Origin: Octopus sinensis
Taxonomy: Eukaryota
Length of the DNA: 64,000 nucleotides
Direction of reading: 5' to 3'
NCBI RefSeq assembly: GCF_006345805.1
Contig: NC_043004.1
Coordinates: 37,262,001 to 37,326,000 of the forward strand
Part shown: positions 50,301-62,344 of the stretch, piece by piece
Numbering within the stretch: the first letter of the stretch is position 1
Layout: every line of letters starts with the position of its first letter
The notes under the pieces: generated by a model
What the model was told of the DNA's origin: nothing
What the model saw: the letters and a program-made list of their open reading frames with translations, nothing else
Database searches by the model: none
Made by a program: the position numbers and the translations under genes

Positions 50301-50817
50301 TGAAAGCGTCTGAGCAGGTCTCTGAGGCATTTGCATCCCCGTCTATTCCTATCTCTACCCACGTAGTCTACATGCGTGTCCAAGGTAGCATTCCAATCCC
50401 CCACTAAGAGTAAAGGACGAGACGTTCCCAAGAAAAATTCTAGACGTTGAAAGAAATCCGCCCGACCTGTTAAGGGCGGTGCGTAAACTGATACGAGTCG
50501 AAAAGCGCACCCATTGCTGCCGTCGACATCCAGGACGACCAGTCTACCCTCCGGGTCTACGAATATTGTCCTTACATTGAGATCCAGACTCTTGTGAAAA
50601 AGTACCGCGGTGCCACTACCGCCCATTCTCGGCAGACAGGGGGAAAATAAACGTTGAACTGTCCGCCAAACATGGTCTTTAGGGCCCGCGGATTGTGGAG
50701 TCTGGTCTCGCTTATGGCTATGATTTCTAACTTATGTGACTTTATGTCATTTAAGAGGTACCCTTGTTTCCAAGGGGACCCCAAGCCACGCGCATTTACA
50801 CAACCAATCTTGATCAT
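47381..50817 (-). CDS. LINE ORF2: APE endonuclease + reverse transcriptase + C-terminal CCHC; one 1-bp frameshift near 50630-50648
   Basis: IGCVNARGL..ISET (APE start, 50817 frame) continues into the 1081-aa ORF with GDWN, YLDRI, TDHKLV, SPGLDG, FRPITLLN, DQSKAFD, RQGCPLS, YADD and CPRC..HALVQC. Confidence 0.93.
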
Positions 50818-50848
50818 AGTTCTAATGAATTAGAATACAGAGGGTTAC

Positions 50849-52007
50849 TTACTGCTCGAAAGTTTTTGCTTTCTCCTCCGTTGGTTTGTCCTCGAGAAGA
50901 TCCCAGTACAGTTTCTTTGTGAGATATTTTTGGCATTTACCAACCGCACTGGGGAAAATGCCTTTGAGTGTGTGGTGCAGACTTTTGGAGATGTGTAATA
51001 TTTTGATGTGGTCTGGTGGTGTTGTGTATGGGTGATTGTTTGTTTTTATGTCATCTTCTGTTATGTTTGTTTTTGATTGGATGTATTCCATCAAATTTGT
51101 GTTTTTGGTGTCTATGGCTGTGAGCATGTTTGCTGTATATGTTTTTGTGGTGTTGGTGTGGCTGTTGTTTGCGTTGGGTTTTGAAATGTCTTCGGGAGAT
51201 GTATTTTCCCCTGCTTTGTTCGTGTTTGCATTTGGTTTGGTTGTGTTTCTGCTCTTTATTTTCCTTCTTTTTGTAGCTATTTGCCATTCCTCACTGCTTT
51301 CGTCTTCCGACGAAATTTCTGAGGAATCAGAAGGGGGTAGGGGTATGTTGTGGGCTTCTATGTATGTCTGTGTAAGTGGTTGTGTTGTTGTTTTCGTTGT
51401 TGTTGGTTGTTGAGTGTTTGTGTGTGTTGAGTGCGGTATAAGGGATGGGGGATCAGTTTGTGTGTTTTCTTTGTTTTTCTGTTCCTTTGGGTTTTGCTGT
51501 TGATGGTGGTGTTGGTATTTTTTCAGGTGTCGAGTGGTTTTTGGTTGATGACGGATTAGCTTGGTGTGCTTCTCTTGTCTTCTGTGTTGATGGTGGTGTG
51601 GGTAGTAGAGCTTTTTTTCCGGAGTGCTTTGGTTGTGGTAGTGGTTGTTGTTGTTGCTCTTGGTGTGCAGTGGTTGGGCACGTCTTTTTCAAGTGTGTTT
51701 CGCTTCCACACAAATAGCAGCGTGGTCGCCTGCCCTCTACTACTATATAGAGTTTGTAGCCTCCTGGCAGTTCTATAGCGGTGGGTATCTTCTCTCTTGC
51801 TGCTTCATCCAATTGAAGCAGGAATTCGATTGATTTGCCCACATAGTCTTTCTCTCCTAGAACCGCGATTTCCAGGATGTTTGTCTCTGACATTGTCTCT
51901 GACATTTCAAAGCAGATGGCAGAGACCAACCATTGTGTTTCGACATCAAATGGTATGTTTTTTATTTGGACTTTCGTGACCCTTTTGTTTAAGTAGACTG
52001 GTATCAT
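50849..52007 (-). CDS. LINE ORF1 (gag-like, CX2CX4HX4C knuckle, low-complexity P/T/N/K tail); one frameshift near 51470-51480
   Basis: MIPVYLNKRVTKVQIKNIP..CYLCGSETHLKKTC. After a 1-nt shift in an A run the frame reads open (..NTQTDPPSLIP..MLTAIDTK..TFEQ*) to 50849. Confidence 0.8.
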
Positions 52008-52066
<59 letters not shown>

Positions 52067-52135
52067 GTAGGTAGGTAGGTAGGTAGGTAGGTAGGTAGGT
52101 AGGTAGGTAGGCAGGCAGGCAGGCAGGCAGGCAGA
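52008..52135. repeat. (GATA)n-(GGTA)n-(GGCA)n compound array
   Basis: Direct reading. Confidence 0.97.
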
Positions 52136-52194
52136 CATACACATACTCATGTATATAGATATGTGTTTATGCTTTTATATATATGTAAGACACG

Positions 52195-54260
52195 ATTTCA
52201 AAATTCCCCCTAAATAACCACAGATGCAAACAAAACTTTCGTGAAGAAGAAAAGGAAGCCTTACAAACACTGAAAAATTACAACTCAATCATCCTAAAAG
52301 AAGCCGATGAAGGAGGGATGATAGTAATCACGGACAAGGACTATTATAAAGATAAAATATTGGAAATGTTAACAAACCAAACCTACTATAAGGAAGAACC
52401 AAGGCACTCGGAAAAAAACAAACAATAATGAGTAAGATCAGAAAACTAATCAATGAATTCCAAGATTCCTTCACAGACAAAGAGAAAGATTCTATATGCA
52501 ACTCTGTAATCAAAGAGAGCAATTTCTACGGATTACCCAAAATCCACAAAAGCTCCGGAATACAAAGTGCCATAAATAAGCAGAAGAACCAGTACGTAAA
52601 AAATACTAAGGCCATTAGTTGCTGGACCTCAAGCACCAACACAACAACTGAGTCATTTTTTAGATATACTCCTAAAACTTTTGTACCCTTCAATACCCAG
52701 TTATGTACGAGATGGCATAGATTTCATCCAACACATCCCTTCCACTGTTGCAGAAGGTACTATACTCGCAAGTTTTGATGTTATCAATCTCTATACTAAT
52801 ATACCTCACACTTTAGGCCTAGGAGCAGTCAAGCGCTGGGCAGAGAATCATAGAGGGCAGATAAATTAACCCTTCAACTGACTTCATCACCAAGGCCACA
52901 CGCCTAGTACTATAAGAAAATACTTTTAGATTCGACAATAAAACATATCGACAGATAAAAGGGTTCGGCTATGGGTACGCGGTTTTCACCCTCAAATGCG
53001 AACTTAGTCATGAGATGCTTGGAAGAAAAGCTTAATGAGGAAGTAGGGAAAACTTTTGATCAGGAGCACAAGAAATATATCATTAAAAAGTGGAAACACT
53101 TCCTTGATGATTGCTTCATCTTCTGGGACAAATTGAATGAAGATCTAAATATATTTAACAATATACTGAACACACTTCATCCATCCATCAAATTCACGAC
53201 AGAAGCCAGCTGTAATGAATTGCCATTCCTGGATATCCACATAAAAATACAGAACTCCACAGTCACAACAGACATATTTTACAAAAAAACTGACACACAC
53301 CAGTATTCAAATTTCTACTCTTGCCATCCATCACACGTCAAAAGAAACATCCCATACAGCATGGCAAGACGCATCTGTGCTATAGTGACTGACTCCAAAA
53401 TACGTGAAATCCGACTCACTGAACTCCAAGGCTTCCTCACAATGCAGAAATACCCCTTAGATTAATTAATAAGAGAATTGAAAAGGCGATGAAACTGAAC
53501 ATCACCCAACTACGGACACAAGGAAAAAGTTAATGAAAACACGATTCTGTTCGTTAACACACACAGTCCAGGAATAACCAACATCTTTCACACCATACAA
53601 TCGAACTTAGCTATACTCCTACAAAGCCCCAAACTAAAAAATCTGATTGAAAAAATGCCTTACAGAATAGCAGATGCCAACCAAAAATCATTTAGAAAAC
53701 ACCTTGCAAGGACAGAATTCAAATCAGAGAATGATTCTTAGTAAAAGAATGAGGAGATAGGAGATGTGGAACATGAAACAACATCAACAACTTCAAATAT
53801 TTGGAAAGTGGTTCCCATATAAAATTCAATAGTAGATCCCTTTTCAAAATAAATGCAGATATGAACTGCAAAACGCAAAATCTCATATATTGCATTACCT
53901 TCCCAAACTGCAAAGAAAATCACATTGACGAAACAAGTAATTCCCTCTGCCAACGTGCAAGAATCTATGGGCAATATAGCCGACAAGAGGAATTGTGCAA
54001 AATTCCATCTGGAAATATGCAGCGATGGAAAATTAAAAATTTTTTCCCTTTCACAAATGTGCATGGGACGATCCGCAATACCGAAAAGCAATGGAACTAC
54101 ATTTCATCAAAAAATTCTCTCCAAAATTGAATGTTTGAAAGAATAAGGGAGACAGTACATTGTGTATTCTAAATATAACTCAAAAAAGGAGAAAAAGAAA
54201 GAGGAAAAAAGTAGGAAAGAGGAAGCATTTTTCTGAAGAGGTCGCCATCCTTAAACCCAT
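52195..54260 (+). mobile_element. Penelope-like element (RT + GIY-YIG endonuclease), pseudogenised
   Basis: EKEALQTLK..IILKEAD.GG.IVI.D, FYGLPKIHK, SFDVINLYTNIPH, MGT.FSPS.ANL, FLDDCF, LPFLDI, YKKTDTHQY and CKTQNLIYCI..C.E.HI.ET (GIY-YIG-like). Frameshifts and stops. Confidence 0.92.
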
Positions 54261-54637
54261 TCCAATACAATGGCAAATGACTAAATAAATAAATAAATAA
54301 ATAAATGGTGAATAGGAAGGAAGATCCCCTTCTCTCTCTCTCCCTCTCTCTCTCTTTCTCTCTCCCTCTCTCTCCACCTATTTATCTGTCTGACTATCTA
54401 TCTATCTATCAGCCTCTCTACCTACCTATATTTCTATCTATCCATCACCATTATCAATGGAACCTCACCCCAAAAAAAAACAACGTTCTCTTCTTCTAAA
54501 CAAAACCTAAAAAATCATCTGTTTTATATAAATGAACAAGCTGTTTGTACATTCACAAAATTTTGACAAGTTCAAGAAACGAATGAAAGCGCTAATAATT
54601 AAGAAATAAAAAGATTCTTTCCAAAATTCTGACCACA

Positions 54638-54679
<42 letters not shown>

Positions 54680-54724
54680 GTATATATGTATCTATATGTT
54701 TGTATGTATGTATGTATATAGAGA

Positions 54725-55912
54725 GGGGGGGTCCAACTCCCAACTCCAACGTCCTAATCATGGATCTTGGGAAACACAAAAGGGAAGGCTGAAGTACGGT
54801 TGGGCCTTTGATGACCCTGGACAGCTATGGTAACAGTGAAGGCCTGTCAAGAACGTTGAAATTGTAGGCTGAAGGAGCTCTGGTACTGCCGTTCGGGCTG
54901 GTGTCATGGCGAGCATTGTTTCAAGACCACCCGTTTCAACCACATGATGAACCGCAGAGTACGCCTTAGAGTGAAGTGTGTGGGCACTGGTTTCGTGAAC
55001 CGTCATCTACCCTAATAAAAATCACGCAAACGGCCCATCAGGACCTTGTATGATGCTCTCCGTCTTTTCTTCAAGTTCAATGGCGATGTCCCCGCGGGAA
55101 ACAGAAGCAGGCTTGGCACGCTGGAAGCTTCTAGCTCGTGAACACACATTGGTGACGTGCATGTGATGGTCGTTTTCTCCATGAAGTAGCAATGACACTG
55201 TACTTCGGCAGCTGTGTACGTGTCAGGGATGGCCTATTTAGAAGCACGGCAGTCCTACCTGTACAGGTAAATCCATAGAAAAAGTATGGTAAACATCGGT
55301 CACTGCTCATTGCATCTGGTTGGTTTACTGCGACCGGCGGACACCCATCTCGATGGTAGAAAATTTCGATCCTATTCTCTGTCTTGGGGAGCGTGGAATG
55401 TGAGAACTTTGATGGACATGCAAACCACAAACCAACCTGAAATGTGTACCATGCTTGTTTCCCAAGAACTTGCACGCTTCAGCATTGACGTAGCCACTCT
55501 GGGTGAAACTCGTTTTCCTAGTGACGGCAGCATGAAAGAAGTTGGCTACACGTTCTTTTGGAAAGGATAGGATGCCAATGAACCTCGCATCCATGGCATT
55601 GGACTTGCCATCAAAACCGAGCTGGCCCCAATATCAAGAAGTGAACATCTGATGACCACCTGAATTCGCTTCTCAACAATGCCTATTTTACGCTGCCTTC
55701 AGTCTATGGTCCAACTCTAAACTCAGATGAGGAAATAAAAATGCTTCCTACAACTTTCTCAACGCTACCATCCAAACCGTTCCGCGAAAGGATAAACTGA
55801 TCATCCTTCACAATTTCAATGCCCGAGTCAGTCATGATCATCATTTCAAGCAAGGCGTCCTCAGAAAATACGAGATTGGAAACTGCAACGCCAATAGACT
55901 CCTCCTCATCAC

Positions 55913-55945
<33 letters not shown>

Positions 55946-56975
55946 TGGGCTCTGTGTAGAAAACATCCTGACAATTACAAACATCTTCATCCATCTTCCA
56001 ACCCACCACAAAACAACCCGACAACATCTGATGTCAAAACAATGGCACATGTCAAATTATGTGTTGACAAGGATCTAAGACAAGGACGTGAGGATCACCA
56101 TATCCTTGCTGGACACTGATGATTGCTGGACCGATCACCAACTTGTGATCTCTCGTCTCAACTTTTCCATCCGTCTACCCCCTCGGTACTCTAATACTCA
56201 AAAGCACAAACCAAGGTATGACTCACAAATTGAAGGCCTCAGGAACGTCCCAAGTCTTCCAAGAAGCAGTTAACCAACATTTGAAGGAAAGGCAGAAGGG
56301 GAATCTTTCACCAAATGATTGGAACACTCTGCATGATGCTATAACATCTGCTGCAGATGAGGTCCTCGGCTACTCAAAGTGCCAGAACCAAAACTGAAAA
56401 CAGTGAAGAGATTGAACATCTGATCAGTAAGAAAAGAGTAGCACGTATTGCTTTTGAAAACCATCCGAAGAGAAGTAACAAGAAATGCCTCAAACAAGAA
56501 GCGCAGATGTACCAAAGGCGCCTCAGAGAGATCCAGAATTCCTGGTGGCAAGCGAGGGCTGTTGAACTCCAGGGCTATGCAGACCAAGGAAACATGCATC
56601 GCTTTTATACAGGGATCAAGAAGATTTTCGGCCCCATCAGGTCATCTACTGGTGCCTTGAAAACTGCTGACGGCCAAACCCTCACCACAGAAGAGATCAT
56701 GCATCATTGGAAAGAACATTTCCATCTTCTGCTGAACAACCAATCTCAAACCCCAGAAGACCTTTTGAGAAATACTCCGCAGCGACCTGTCAAACTATGG
56801 ATTGCCTTTCCTCCATCAATCCAGGAATTCATGAAAACCATCGAATGAAAAAAACTTGAAAACTCTCCTGGTCCAGACATCTCCCCAGAGATTTTCACAC
56901 ATGGTGGATACGGATTGAGAACCAAACTGTTCTACCTGTCATTGAGATTATGGGATACCAAGACAATTCAGAGAG
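54725..56975 (+). mobile_element. RTE-clade LINE, 5' part (putative 5' UTR + APE + linker), decayed
   Basis: GAWNVRTL..LARFSIDVATLGETR..GYTFFWKG..HGIGLAIK, NFNARV, WTDHQLV, HWKEHF..LLN. The 5' boundary (54725-55290) is tentative. Confidence 0.85.
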
Positions 56976-57219
56976 GGTGGTGTTTTCCCATTCGCCAAAA
57001 GGAACTCACCCATTTGATGAAAATTTTTTATCTGGAATTCAGCAGTACGGTGAAATTCTTAGGCCTAAAAAGGATATGCGATCTTTCAGCTATGCATAAC
57101 TTCTGTTTTTTAGATCTACTAACCTATGGCATGGACGATTTTTGACTTGACTTTATGCGGCGTGGAGTTGGTCTTCAAACCCCATACGCGTAATTCTTCT
57201 TTGCATCTCAATGATGTTC

Positions 57220-58245
57220 TTCTAACATACTGAGTGCTATTGGAAGGCTTTCTTCAGAGTATCAATGTCTCATTTTTCACTAATTCTCTAATTACAACTA
57301 ATTTTCATCTCTGCCTCGCAACACTCTATAATGAACCCATTCAGCGCTTGCTGGAGATCACCTTCTCATGAGCTAAGTAGCACCACGTTGTCTGCAAATA
57401 TCAGCCAAATGGTTACTACACCCACCAGTTGGGGTACCACTTCCACAACAGCCGCGGATGTTAGTCTAGTTCATAAAAATTATGAAAAGTCGAGGTGACA
57501 ATACATACCTCTACCCACGTTGAAAGATTTCAAAATAGCATCATTTACCCAAATACAGACGGCTGGACATTCATAAATGGACTTCACGATAACAGGTAGT
57601 TACCCATTAATCCCGAACTCCTGCAAAACCCTCTATAGCATGTTCTACGGCACGCAGTCATTTGCCTTTTTGAACTCAACAAAGCAAGTGTCCACTGCTT
57701 GACAATATTCCTACTTTTTCTCGAATATTTGCCGTAGAGTGAATATCTGGTTGGTTGTGCAGCATCTAGGACGGAAGCAAGACTCTTCTCAGTTAGCTTG
57801 GGAGTAACAATTTCCCTACATCTCTTTTCCAATCACCTACCATAGACTTTACCAAGGTGGTTAAATAAGGAAATTTCTATATATGATCACTCTTTCTTAT
57901 CTCCCTTTTTAAAAATTGGGATTGTCACTCCAGATTAACGTTGCTTTAGTGTCTTTCCAGAGGTCCCAGCCACCTGGCAGACACAAGTCACCCAGAGAGT
58001 ACTGTCTCTATTTTAAGCTTTTAATATTTCAGGCCAGTTTTCATCTTCCTCCGTAGCCTTGCCACATTTAAGCGCTTTAAACACTCGTATGACTTCAGCC
58101 TCTGTGAGAGTGGTCTTCGCCCCTAGATGCACCTCATGTCCACCAGAAAATGTTATCATGATCAGATTTAGATCACCAAAGTATTTTCTCCGCCTCCCAA
58201 GGATACTCTTCTCAGTAGAGAGAAGAACCACTGACAAGGCTCTTA
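57220..58245 (-). mobile_element. RTE-clade LINE RT fragment, decayed
   Basis: ILGRRRKYF..TEAEV..KALKCGKA..DENWPEILKA, IPIFKKGDKKE, LEKRCREIV..KL and FADNVVL (degenerate YADD region). Confidence 0.8.
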
Positions 58246-58537
58246 AGGACTTTTTTTTTTCATTTATATTTCATATTTTTCACTTGTCACTTTTCCTTAT
58301 CATTTTTATTTAAAATAAAAGGCATACTGATTATAAAGAAAGTAAACAAAGTTATAAGTTTCTGTCAAATTTATACAAATTTGAGGAATCTTTATATTTA
58401 TTCTATTTCTTGCAATAGAATAATTATGTAAATATACATAAGATCTTTTTCTTGGTAATAAAAATCTTTCAATGGTATTTTTAATGTGGAAAACATTTTT
58501 GGTTAATTTAGTTTTTATAGGTTTTTTTTTTCTTTAA

Positions 58538-59581
58538 CCCTTTTGTTACCAAACCGCCCGAAACCGCCCGAAATTACCTATTCATATTTAAATGAGAATA
58601 TCAGAGTAAATCTCTTTAGTACATTCGTGAAAACATGTATTATACTTCGTAAACAGTTCAACTACAGTTTTGTACAAAAATCGAAGTGTAATTTTAATTC
58701 CGTGAATTATGGGAGATTTTTTTCCGAAATTTGTTCCTATTGTGTTTTCAAAATTTGTAATTCTGACAAAAAATGGATACGAATTTCATTATATCAAGCA
58801 GCGAGTCAGAATTGGAAGGATTTTCTACTGAAGACCTTCATAAATCTAACTCTATGACTGAAAAAAAAAAAGCATGTGGTATTTGATAATGAATCTGATG
58901 TTTCATTTTCCGAAAGTGAAAACAGTGAATCCGAGAGCTCCGACAGCGATAAAGAAAATGAATTGGCACCTGAATGGAGTGAAAATTTAAAAACTGTTTC
59001 TTTCGGTGATTTTTCTGAAGAAACTGGACCAAGCCACAGACTTTCCCAGAAGAGTAAAGCCTTAGACTATTTCTTTTTACTTTTTCGAATGAGCCCATTT
59101 GAAATCATTACGGCAGAAACGAACTGTTACGCTAAACGTAAACAAAGCGAAAGAAAGGATAGTTTGTTATTTCCCACAACCTTAAATGAAATTAAGGCCT
59201 ATTTTGCCATAAATATTATTATGGGTATCAGAAAGTTACCCAGAATAACAAATTCTATCGTAAAATTTTGTTGTATACCCAATTGAATATTAGCTAATAA
59301 CCCATTTTCTATAGCGATGTTTGAACAAAATTTTAATAATTTTATATATTGTTGAATTTACCTGTATATACCTGCAATTAGAGTCACTTTGTGACAAAAA
59401 TTATAGTATAGAATTGGTTGAGAACATTTCATTAAATTATCTTCCAAAATTCATGTTAATATATTGATAAATAAAAAAGTTATAGTTGTTTAATGAAACC
59501 AGACTAAATTTATGATTATGTTAGAAATTAATTACAACACATAACGGGTGTATTTTGGTCAGAAATATAGTAACGAAAGGG
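58538..59581 (+). mobile_element. Internally deleted piggyBac element (PGBD-like transposase N-terminus)
   Basis: TTAA at 58534-58537 and 59582-59585; TIRs CCCTTTTGTTACC / AGTAACGAAAGGG (11/13). ORF 58876-59286 has an acidic N-terminus and LDYFFLLF..AETNCYA..EIKAYFAINIIMGI. Confidence 0.9.
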
Positions 59582-61687
59582 TTAATTTACCCGTCCGGAC
59601 ACAACCATCTACAGACAAGGTCTTCACAGCTGCATAAAGTGATGGAAGAAGTGTGTCCCCAAGGACTAATAATTATGCCAAATTTCGTTTATCCCACTCC
59701 TTGTAAAGTGGATCAGGGGAAACCTTTAATGAACACCCCTCGTAGATGAGTACTTCAACCCCCTCCCATTATCAACCTTATTTTTATCTTATATGGCTTA
59801 AATATAGGCAGTTCCATACAGAATTTTCTACATAGAGGAGTTAGACACTGAAGAACGAGGTGTACTTGTACATTTGACTTCTTGTCTTGCACTTTTTCAT
59901 GTTCAATTAATTAAAATTATTATCACACGCGCCTACGTTTTACCAGCTAGTATTTATATAAATATGTATATGTAGAATAGTTTCTGTACACCAAATTTGA
60001 CTCACAGGGTGGAGAAACTGAAATTAAAACAATGTGTTTGCAAGGTTGAATTCTTAATTGTACAGTCATGAATGCACATGTGTGGAACAAATTACATGAT
60101 ACACTAGGAATATGTAAATGAATTTATTCTCTATAATACACCATTTCCAGCTTTACTCGACTCCTAGACAGACAATACGTGTTTAATAAATGAAAAATTG
60201 CGTTTTGACTTCACTAAGTCTCACTCGGCTACAGCGCAGTCAGAACCTCATTCGATTTCTCTTTTAAACTGTTTAAATATCAGTCATATATTGAGGAAAA
60301 CCACACAACAGAGAGCTTATAGAGAAGTTTATATTCAAAATAGAATGACATTTCTAAACACCTGAAAATACTGTAGATATATTTGCACATCTGCTTTATA
60401 TATGAATGTGTGTGTGTGTGTGTGTGTTATACGTAATAAAAGATGTTAATCTTTTTAAATATTTTGATATGAACCATTTTAAAAAGAATTGAATTTTGAA
60501 AAGAGACTTTGAAGAGACTGTTTTGGTATTGCTGAAAATACTGGCAGAAATATAATTGATAATATGATAGTAGGATAGAGAGCAGACAGAAGAAAGCAAA
60601 AAACTGCTTCGTTTGTTTGTAGAAAAGGAAACGGAAATATAATGGCTTTTTGCATGAGAAATTATTAATATAAAAGAGGAAGATTTAGTAAAAAAAAAAA
60701 AAACTGAAGACATCTATGAATGAGAAAAGAAATAAAGTCTCTAATAAGACAGGAATAATCAAAATTTACTCCAAAAAATATTGATTTATTACTGTTTTCA
60801 TTTCGTATTACTTTGTTTTGGCTTTTCTGAAAACAGTTAAAATGTTGAGGAGCCATTCCAGTCGAAATAGACGATGGAAATTAGAATAATTTTTAGACAC
60901 AATCTTAAAGCTGATGCACTTTAATAATCTCAAACCTTTTAGTAATAAAAGAAATAAAAGGAAAAAAGTCGTAGAAGTATATTTGTCATATACATCATGG
61001 CTTTCTATTTTGCATTAAAGGAAGTAAAAAGCAAAAAAAATTATTTCTGGTTTCATCTACAATTAAAATCAATAATGTAGAAAATAATATTTTTATGTGA
61101 TGTCATTTATTTACCAAGTTAGTTTTTATTCATATATTTGTTTCAAATATACATCGTATTTCTTTAATGGCATTTTCTATTATTTACTGTGCAATTTTTT
61201 TAAACAATGAAAATGACAAGCCTGCTGTGAATCAAGACAAAATAAATAGCAAAATAACTGAACCAAATTCTGTATTGAGAGTATTTTTCCAATGTAATAG
61301 AATCTATTGTCTGGTTCTACATATTTAAATATGGGTGCAAGAGGTTAAGTATAGAACAAATTTACTTGGAAAATATAAATTTGAATACATAAAGTAACAT
61401 TTTCTATACATATGTACTTGTGCACGAGTGGTGGGAGGGTTAGGGGTGGTGTATATACATTCCTATATCATTACTGTTTATTATTTTTCTGTTTTCTTTG
61501 TTTTTATTTGTTGGTCATTTTGCTAATTTCAATGATGTATGTGAAGGAATATAAATGCTAGCTCAAAAACATTTTACCCCTGATGATGTACCAAGTTTCA
61601 ACTGACACAAATGGAGTCATTTGTACAGTAAATACTCAAATAGTAAGTATATTAACTCTGTGTGTTAAAATGCATAGAATATTTGTG

Positions 61688-61691
<4 letters not shown>

Positions 61692-61778
<87 letters not shown>

Positions 61779-61802
61779 TATCTATCTATCTATCTATCTA
61801 TC

Positions 61803-61833
<31 letters not shown>

Positions 61834-61862
61834 GTGTGTTTGTGTGTGTGTGTGTGTGTGTG
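61692..61862. repeat. (CT)n-(CTAT)n-(GT)n compound array
   Basis: Direct reading. Confidence 0.97.
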
Positions 61863-62039
61863 CCACTTTAAAAGTATATACCTCAAACAAGACTTAGTGC
61901 TGCCATTTCGAGTCAACGGTTATCCTGTGGCGGTGAGAAATAACCCAGAAACCATGGTCCATGGGTACCGTTTAAGGCTGAGTGGGAACATTAGCTCCCT
62001 TGTTCGAGGTATAAGGATGCAGTTGTGCATCGGTAGCCT

Positions 62040-62305
62040 GCTGGTAAAGTCAACTTGAGAGGTATAGAGAAAATATTAAATTACCAGAATCTAACCATTG
62101 AGTTATAAAGGCTATGGAAAGTGAGGGTAAAGTGCATTCATAGATGATTTAGGAAAAATCCCTAGAGAAGTGAACAGATAGATAGAGAAAAAAACCATAA
62201 AACCTAGTTTAGTGCCGCTCCAGAAAGCAGTATTATTAAAGACAAGCAGACTACTTTGGAGGGTTCTTTGCTTTTAGGGTCACTTGTAGCCCATATTAGG
62301 AAGTT
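62040..62305 (+). mobile_element. 3' end of an R4/Dong-type LINE ORF
   Basis: EKILNYQNLTIEL*RLWKV..LQKAVLLKTSRLLWRVL matches the typical C-terminus of these elements (compare ..ARILRKVL at 45040-45065). Confidence 0.7.
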
Positions 62306-62344
62306 TTCTTTTCCAACAGTCTAATCTGTTATGCATGTGAAATA

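Larger units (their letters stand above)
46971..52007 (-). mobile_element. Tx1-group (L1 superfamily) LINE: ORF1 + ORF2 + ~410-bp 3' UTR, probably 5'-truncated within ORF1
   Basis: ORF1 with CCHC knuckle, ~31-bp spacer, ORF2 APE-RT-CCHC. 3' end AATAAAGAAAC followed by TATCTATC; 5' junction at (TATC)n. Confidence 0.95.

Noticed and set aside
61320-61352. Possible piggyBac-like end (..GCAAGAGG|TTAA)
   Set aside because: No matching opposite TIR found in the window.
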